This document shows positions 55,419 to 64,000 of a stretch of 64,000 bases of DNA, one piece after another. The notes below the pieces were generated by a model, which was not told where the DNA came from, did not search any database, and saw only the letters and a program-made list of their open reading frames with translations. The number at the start of each line of letters is the position of its first letter. Position 1 is the first letter of the stretch. The position numbers and the translations under genes were made by a program. Origin of the DNA: Eledone cirrhosa (taxonomy: Eukaryota). The DNA is taken from NCBI GenBank assembly GCA_964016885.1, contig OZ024740.1, forward strand, positions 93,992,001 through 94,056,000, given 5' to 3'.

Positions 55419-58400
55419 ATTCCATATATGGGAAGATAGTATTTGTCAAGAGGATTGGTAAAAAATGTGTTGTAAAGACAGTTGATTCTATCATGGCATT
55501 TAGTGGAAGGTAGGGTGGGGGTAGCTGAACTTGCCGGTAGAACAAAGAGGGAGTGGTGGAACTCCAGTCAAACGTTGAAAGTGAAATCTCTACGGCAGAT
55601 TCTAAGGATAGTGTATAGAAGGTCGAAAAAAGTGTACTGGAGAAGGGGAGGAGGGGAGTTGAAAAAGTAGTTAAATCGAAATGGAGTAAACAAACGAGCC
55701 ATAATAAAGATGAGGAGATAAATATATAAAAAATATATATATATAAACAAACAACAATTTCTGGTTACTATCCATCCCCACCATCCCCAAATCTGTCATT
55801 TGTATTGTTAAGCTATAGAAAAGTTTAATAGGGGAAGAAAAATGCTAAATACGGGATTGTAGTGAAAGCACTTTATAAAGCCATCTTTACAGGGGGTCTG
55901 ATTCCACTGCAAAATTTAGTTGTAATCAGCCAATGCTATCTTACAATGACAGGTTAATAAGTTGAGGACAAACATACTAAAAACCTAATACAATCTATTA
56001 ATTCAGAATGCTAATACAATAAATACTGAAACAAGAATACCAATGCAGAAATACCACTAAGAAATCTAGAAACCACAGAAATTGAGCAGCAACCAGAAAG
56101 AAAGCAATTATCTGGGGTCTAACATATCTGCTATAGAAAGCGCAATCGACCAATTCTATCTTAACATTATGGGGCGGGGGTGCTGAGGCTACATCGGGGT
56201 GGGTGAAAAAGTTGATAAAAAAAAGAGGACAAGGAAGGAGATCTGGGGTGGAAGGACTAGGAAGAGATGGGGGGAAGAAGGAACTATAGAGGTAAAGATA
56301 AACAAAATATTGAAAAGTTACGTCTACCTTTGTAAGCAGGGGTTACCCCTTACAAAGTCGGCAAGTGGGGTGTTTCAGCCCTTGTCTACCACCCCGGGTC
56401 ATTATGGCGTTTGGGGGAGATGTAGGTCCTACGCAATCTGTGTTTGCATGCAGTTACCAGTTCGTCTTTCTTGTTTAGGAGTTGGTACTTCGAAAACAGC
56501 ATTTGTAATGTTTCCTCCGAGCATAAGATACACGGACGGCGTCCTCCCGTGTAAGAGATACCTCTGGACAGTAAGCTCCAAGTGAGATTGTGTGTTATAT
56601 TATTACCTTTGAGGTACCAGATGTGGCCGGAGAGTGTAGTGGTGTGACGCCGGGCCAGGTTTCGGAAAGTATGTCTGTGTAGATAGAGCCGGGTCTTGAA
56701 GTCACAAGCGGTTAATCCTATATAAGCTTTGTTGGAGGTATCCATCCTCACGTTGCACTGGTAGATCACATTACGATCTCGGCATTTGTTGTTGGGGAGG
56801 CAAAGTGATCTATCATGAAAATTGCACCTCCTGGTCGGCTCTCCACTGCTGTCTCGGTTATTTCTTCCATAGGGGTTGAGTTTTTTGTTGTTAGAGGAGA
56901 CGATGTTTGGTGCAAAGTTTGGTGTGGTTCTGTAGGAGAGTTTAATGGTGTTTTTGTTGATTATGTTGTGGTAGCGGTGTTGGAGTGGGATGTGATTTTC
57001 GATGAGCCTAAAGAAGATTTTCCCGATAGGTGTTGTCACCTCGCCATTGTGTGGAGGATTGAACACGGTGTCGCCTGCTGATTCCGCTAATGGAAGCTGC
57101 ATGATAGGATGTTTCCTCCCGGAAGCCACTGCGCGTGAGGGCCTGGTTGCAATAAGGTGCATGTTCATCGAATATCTGCTCATTAGCGGACAGACGAGAT
57201 AAGCCGAGGGAGATGTTTTTATCCAGGTTATTGGTGATGTTTCTAGGGTGGTTTGACCGGCGGGGGATGTAAGGCAGGTTGTCGTTAGGTTTCCTGTATG
57301 GGTAGTACATATCATTATCGAGGTTAAGGGTAACATCCAAGAAGTTTGCTCGGGTTAGGTACGTTTGTAGAATTATTTTAAATCCCAATCGCGGAAGAAT
57401 CTGATTAATTGTTTACGGACCCGGTCCGTACTACTGGGGTTCTACCCTTTGTGGGTAAGGAGACCATCATCACGGTACAATCCATCGCCGAATGCAGGAA
57501 ATCTTTCGGTGAGTTTAAATAGTAGGAATAATCCTATAAGATCTGTGACCTCACCCGAATCCGTCGCGCCCATACTGACGTCTAAGGGGGAGTCAGGAGC
57601 TCTCTTTAACCATTTGGAGTTGTCGAAAAGTAGGACAGTCTTCCTGGCGTAGAGGATGATATTTCTTTCCTGGTCGGTGATGGGCGCGAGTGTTTCGGCG
57701 AAGTCGAAGGCGGACGTAAGGAGCGATAAGGTAATTGAAGCATAGTAGCTACCTATGTCAAACTGAATGAAGTTTATGTCTCGTTTGTCCTCCATAATGC
57801 TGACCCATGATATAACTTCCTGGATGTTGATCCATAGGCTAAGTCTCGCGTTTTACTTAACTTTTGATACAACGCGGTCTAGGATTGTTTTTACTGATTC
57901 TCCCTATGTCGGACCTCGTTAGGTTTATAAGCCTGATAGATGGTTTACGGTCGAAGTCTCATTTGTGGTCCTTCAGTGTGAAGTAGGGAGTCCATGGGTT
58001 TAAGGGTTCAGTGCGGTCGGCGACCCCGATGGTGGAAGTAATTAGTTGTCCATCTCGATTTATATCCTCGATACTTGGATGGTTAGCCTTTTTATAGGTG
58101 GAGCTCAGGCTGCTCCTGATCAGTGTATGGTATCTGTCGGGGTTAACGAAGTAGAGGTTACCAGATTTGTCCGAGTGCACCATGATGACGTTTGCGTTTT
58201 CATACTCTGTTAATTTGCTACGGAGTTTTTGTAGGAATATGTTGTGTCTGGGTTTGAATTTAATGCTCTTGACCATTTGGAAAAGGTCATTCTCGAAGGG
58301 TGAGAGCATAGGGTTCGGAGGGGGAGATTTGTAGGTGTTAAATCCGAATCTCTCTTTGGTATCGAAGTCCTGATTGTCGCAATATCTGTCGTAGAAAAAA

Positions 58401-59086
58401 GTTCTCCATCTTAGTCTTTTCGCAAAGAGGTCAATTTTTTGCGTGAGCATCCGAAGGTAAAGTTTTCTCGGTGGAACTGGTATGTTCTTGGTGGAGAAGT
58501 CGATGTTGTGTTTTCGCATGGTGTGGGTGAAATAACTTGAGCTTAGCGGAAAAGTCAAGATAAGGCGTGGTAGGGTCAGAAAATGCTCTACTACGGAAAT
58601 AGAAGCTAGATAAGGAAGGAAATGTGATAAGGAACCAGATAGACCATTACGAACCAAAGTACTCAATACTTAGGGTAGTAGAGTAGGTAATAGGAACAAG
58701 TATGACCGCGACGGCAGAGATCAAGCCGTTTCGACGGCTAATTCTGGACTAAATAAGAATTTTTAGCCTGGTAAATAAATAGCCGAACTTCTCAGCGGGG
58801 AATTCCATATATGGGAAGATAGTAACTGTCAAGAGGATTGGTCAAAAATTTGTTGTAAAGACAGTTGATTATATCATGGCATTTAGTGGGGTTAGCTGAA
58901 CTTGTCAGTAGAACAAATAGGGAGTGGGGGAAGCCCAGTCAAGCGTTGAAAGTGAAATCTCTACGGCAGATTCTAAGGATAGTGTATAGAAGGTCGAAAA
59001 AAGTTTACAGGAGAGGGGGAGGGTGAGGTGAAATAGTAGGTAAATCGAAAAGGAGTAAACAAACGAGCCATTATAAAGATGAGGTG

Positions 59087-59128
<42 letters not shown>

Positions 59129-59323
59129 AAACAGCAATTTCTGGTTACTATTCCATCCCCACCATCCCCAAATCTCTCATTGGTATTGTTAAGCTATAGT
59201 AAAGTTTAATATGTGAAGAAAAATGCTTAATACGGGATTGTAGTGAAAGCACTTTATAAAGCTATCTTTACAGGGGGTCTGATACCACTGCAAATGTTAG
59301 TAGTAATCAGCCAGTGCTATCTT

Positions 59324-59515
59324 TAATTATTTCTACTTTTGGCACAAGGCCATCAAATTACCCAGTGCATTACTGGTACTTTATTTTATCGACCCCGTAA
59401 GGATGAAAGGCAAAGTTAACCACGGTGGGATTTGAACTCAGACCGCAAAGGGACGTAACTATGCTGGAAAGCATGGCGTCCGACCCTCTACCGATACTGC
59501 CAAGTCACCACCCTT
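59324..59515 (-). mobile_element. Full-length SINE inserted in the 5' pLTR with a 10-bp TSD
   Basis: gtgctatctt duplicated at 59314-59323 and 59516-59525; the empty site is visible in the other pLTR at ~55934. Confidence 0.9.
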
Positions 59516-60289
59516 GTGCTATCTTATAATGACAGGTTATAAGTTGAGGACAAACATTATTATATGTATACCTTCATGGCTCTCTATATTTTAGCCATTC
59601 TCAAAATGCACTTTCAATAATCTTAATATGTTTCAATTTTCTTCACACATTTTTACTTTTTTAGTAACTTTTTTATTTTCATATTTTCATTTTTCATTTC
59701 TCACATCTTATAACATTTTGTATCATATTAGATGTAATTAATTAATTTATTTATTTTATTATTTATTTATTTTTAATTTTATTTACATTTATTCATGTAT
59801 TAACGTTTTCTCATTTATTGTTGATATCATTATTTTTCCTATATTTTTCTTTCTCACCTACGTTATTTCTGCTTATGCGTGTCTTTCCTCTTTCTATCAT
59901 CATTTATCCATATATTTTCTTCTCCCAATATTTTTTCCTCTGTATTCATTTCTCTTTTTTTCCTTTTTCTTTCTTTCTTTGCTTAATCTATCTCCCTTTC
60001 TTTCTTTTTTTCTCTCTGTTTATTATTAATATTAGTATTGATGATGTAATTCGAATTTGTAAATTTGCCTGTTATATGTATTTTTTATTACAGTTTCTGA
60101 TGATCTGACTGAGCTAACATCGTGTGTGATTTGGAGTGGCACTGCTTCTAGTGTTCAGCAAATGTTAGACAACTTAATAAGAGAAACGATTCTAAAACTG
60201 TAAATAAATCCCACTTTTTGTACTGTTGACCCTGTTATTTTTCAGTATTTCGATTTTATATATACATATACATATGTATATATATATAC

Positions 60290-60347
<58 letters not shown>

Positions 60348-60460
60348 TAGTATATATATATATATATATATATGTATATGAATTAGCCGTCGAAACGGCT
60401 TGAGCTCAGCTGTCGGGGTCTTACTGGTTCCTATATATATATATATATATATACATACAC

Positions 60461-60627
<167 letters not shown>

Positions 60628-60714
60628 GAAAAATTTGAACAGGGACAGAACAGAGAGGCTGTACAATACATGTTTATTAAATTCACGCTCAGGAGAGTGG
60701 GGGGTTGGTGGGGG

Positions 60715-60747
60715 ACGACGTTCCGGGCAGAAGCCCTTCCTCAGGTG
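60715..60747 (-). ncRNA. Degenerate minimal HHR
   Basis: Reverse complement: cac CTGAGGA a gggc ttct gccc GGAA cg TC gtc. GAAA has become GGAA and stem I is poor. Lies in a short island between TA runs. Confidence 0.45.
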
Positions 60748-60861
60748 AGAAGTGTGTGGGAACAGAGTTCAAAAGGTGTGTAGGGGGGTGGTGGAGAGAC
60801 ATATAGCGAAAGGAAACGGTGCGAATGAAAAATTAACAAATAATATATATTAATAAAAATT

Positions 60862-62209
<1,348 letters not shown>

Positions 62210-62248
62210 ATATATATATATATATATACATTTATATATATATACATT

Positions 62249-62351
<103 letters not shown>

Positions 62352-62399
62352 GTATATATATATATACAAATATATATATATACATATATATATATATAC

Positions 62400-62438
<39 letters not shown>

Positions 62439-62451
62439 TACACACACACAC

Positions 62452-62536
<85 letters not shown>

Positions 62537-62539
62537 CAT

Positions 62540-63437
62540 ATATTAAAATATAGAGAAAATACTGCAGGTAGCACATGGATAACATGTCATAAAATAAGTC
62601 CCTCATCAGTGATTTGCCGAATATCATAGATATTTCATTGCATTAAAAATCATATATCTCACGTCGGTGCAATAATAACCAAAATAAGTTATTAGGACAA
62701 TTAAAACGCGTAAAGAGAGTGAGACAGGAGAACAACAGAGTAAAGCTAACCGGGGGAAAGAAACAAGCTTCAAAAATTATTCTCTTTAGCATAAGGTAGG
62801 TGAATATATGAGCGCTTAGAGAATAGATCATACACGAGCGAAGGCTATGAGCAGAGAGAGAAAAATAGCGTTCGTGGTGTGCAGGATGAAATGAAGAGAA
62901 GAGAGAGAAAAACAGTGAGTGAGTGAAAGTGTGAGGAAGAGTTAACGGACATGACAGATGGGGAGAAACAGAGAGAATGGGGGAACAGTAAGAGAGAGAA
63001 AAAAACACAGAATCGCAGTGGTAAATATATGTATTAAAATATAGAGAAAAATACTGCAGGTAGAACATGGACATGGATAACATGTAATAAAATAAGTCCC
63101 TCATCAGTGATTTGCCGAAGATCATAGATATTTCATTGCATTAAAAATCATATATCTCACGTCGGTGCAATAATAACTAAAATAAGTTATTAGGACAATT
63201 AAAACGCGTAAAGCGAGTGAGACAGGAGAACAACAGAGTAAAGCTAACCGGGGGAAAGAAACAAGCTTCAAAAATTATTCTGTTTAGCATAAGCTAGGTG
63301 AATATATGAGCGCTTAGAGAATAGATCCTACACGAGCGAAGGATATGAGCAGAGACAGAAAAATAGCGTTCGTGGTGTGCAGGATGAAATGAAGAGAAGA
63401 GAGAGAAAAACAGTGAGTGAGTGAAAGTGTGAGGAAT
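62540..63437. repeat. ~498-bp tandem duplication (1.8 units)
   Basis: cctcatcagtgatttgccga at 62601 and 63099, with matching flanks. Confidence 0.9.
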
Positions 63438-63439
63438 AC

Positions 63440-63882
63440 AATATGCATAAATATTTTGTATCTCCAAAGAAATAGAGTTTTAGGAAGTCGTAGCTATGCA
63501 AACACCGGGGAGCTAACGTCCTCTGGTGGTGTCCAGCAGAAGCAAGAGGGGCAACCGTCTATGCATGCCAGGCTTAACTTGCATTCGTCAGGACGGTCTC
63601 TCCGACTGCTTACTACTGCTGGACTAGAAGAGAGGTGAGAATATATATATAATCACCTCATTTACACAGACGGGAAAAGTATTTATTCTCAGCTGTCTTC
63701 TAGTCCAGCAGTCGCAAACGGTGGGAGGGACCGTCCTGGCGAACGTCAGTTAAGCCTGAAATGCATAGACGATTGTCCCCCTTGCTTCTGCTGGACATCA
63801 CCAGAGGGCGTTAGCCCCCCAATGTTTCCATAGCTACGGCTTCCTACCACTGTATTTCTTTGGAGATACATAATATTTATAC

Positions 63883-63890
<8 letters not shown>
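63440..63890. repeat. Diverged inverted repeat with HHR relics at 63556-63595 (-) and 63732-63771 (+)
   Basis: Plus arm: cgtc CTGGCGA...GAAA tgca TA gacg. Minus arm: cgtc CTGACGA...GGCA tgca TA gacg. Confidence 0.7.
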
Positions 63891-63924
<34 letters not shown>

Positions 63925-64000
63925 TAAGGATCGATCGACTTTCGTCAAATCGGACTGCGGAAACAATGTTTTCGTCGGTCTTTCCAGTTGCTAATACTAT

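Larger units (their letters stand above)
55311..59560 (-). mobile_element. Near full-length Hydra-type PLE with direct pLTRs (55311-55980 and 58691-59560)
   Basis: RLRWRTFF, HSDKSGNLY, LKDHK, QFDIGSYYASI, VSMGATDSGE, LYRDDGL, NFLDVTL, VIYQC...YIGLT, CILCSEE, ACKHR. Frameshifted; the 3' end abuts (TA)n. Confidence 0.93.

Noticed and set aside
62595-62645. Minus-strand GAAA tatc TA tgat...atca CTGATGA in the 498-bp tandem unit (also ~63095-63140)
   Set aside because: Stem I pairs, but I found no stem II partner and stem III does not form. Not counted as an HHR, though worth a computational re-check.

Overview
This is AT-rich eukaryotic (animal) non-genic DNA packed with (TA)n/(CA)n/(GA)n microsatellites and decayed retroelements. 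The repeat content is compatible with a cephalopod such as octopus, which is an inference only. I found no intact host gene; most ORF-track entries are microsatellite artefacts or antisense shadows. The window is dominated by Penelope-like elements (PLEs, RT + C-terminal GIY-YIG): Hydra-type, Neptune-type and a third lineage, with pseudo-LTRs and inverted/tandem ends sitting in (TA)n. It also holds an almost full-length RTE LINE ending in three C2H2 fingers, LINE fragments, Deu/Nin-domain-like SINEs and MITEs. The main hidden signal, read by eye, is about 19 sequence families (about 40 copies, intact to degenerate) of type I hammerhead ribozyme (HHR) motifs, both in PLE pseudo-LTRs and in short non-coding tandem/inverted units. 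They include a 312-bp retrozyme-like array, HHRs with 50-100 nt stem II insertions, and a conserved non-canonical core (UUGAAAA...GCAA). The Neptune family also appears to have an upstream ORF1 joined to RT at a conserved U-UUU-UUA heptamer. All folds were paired by hand and none has been computed or tested.
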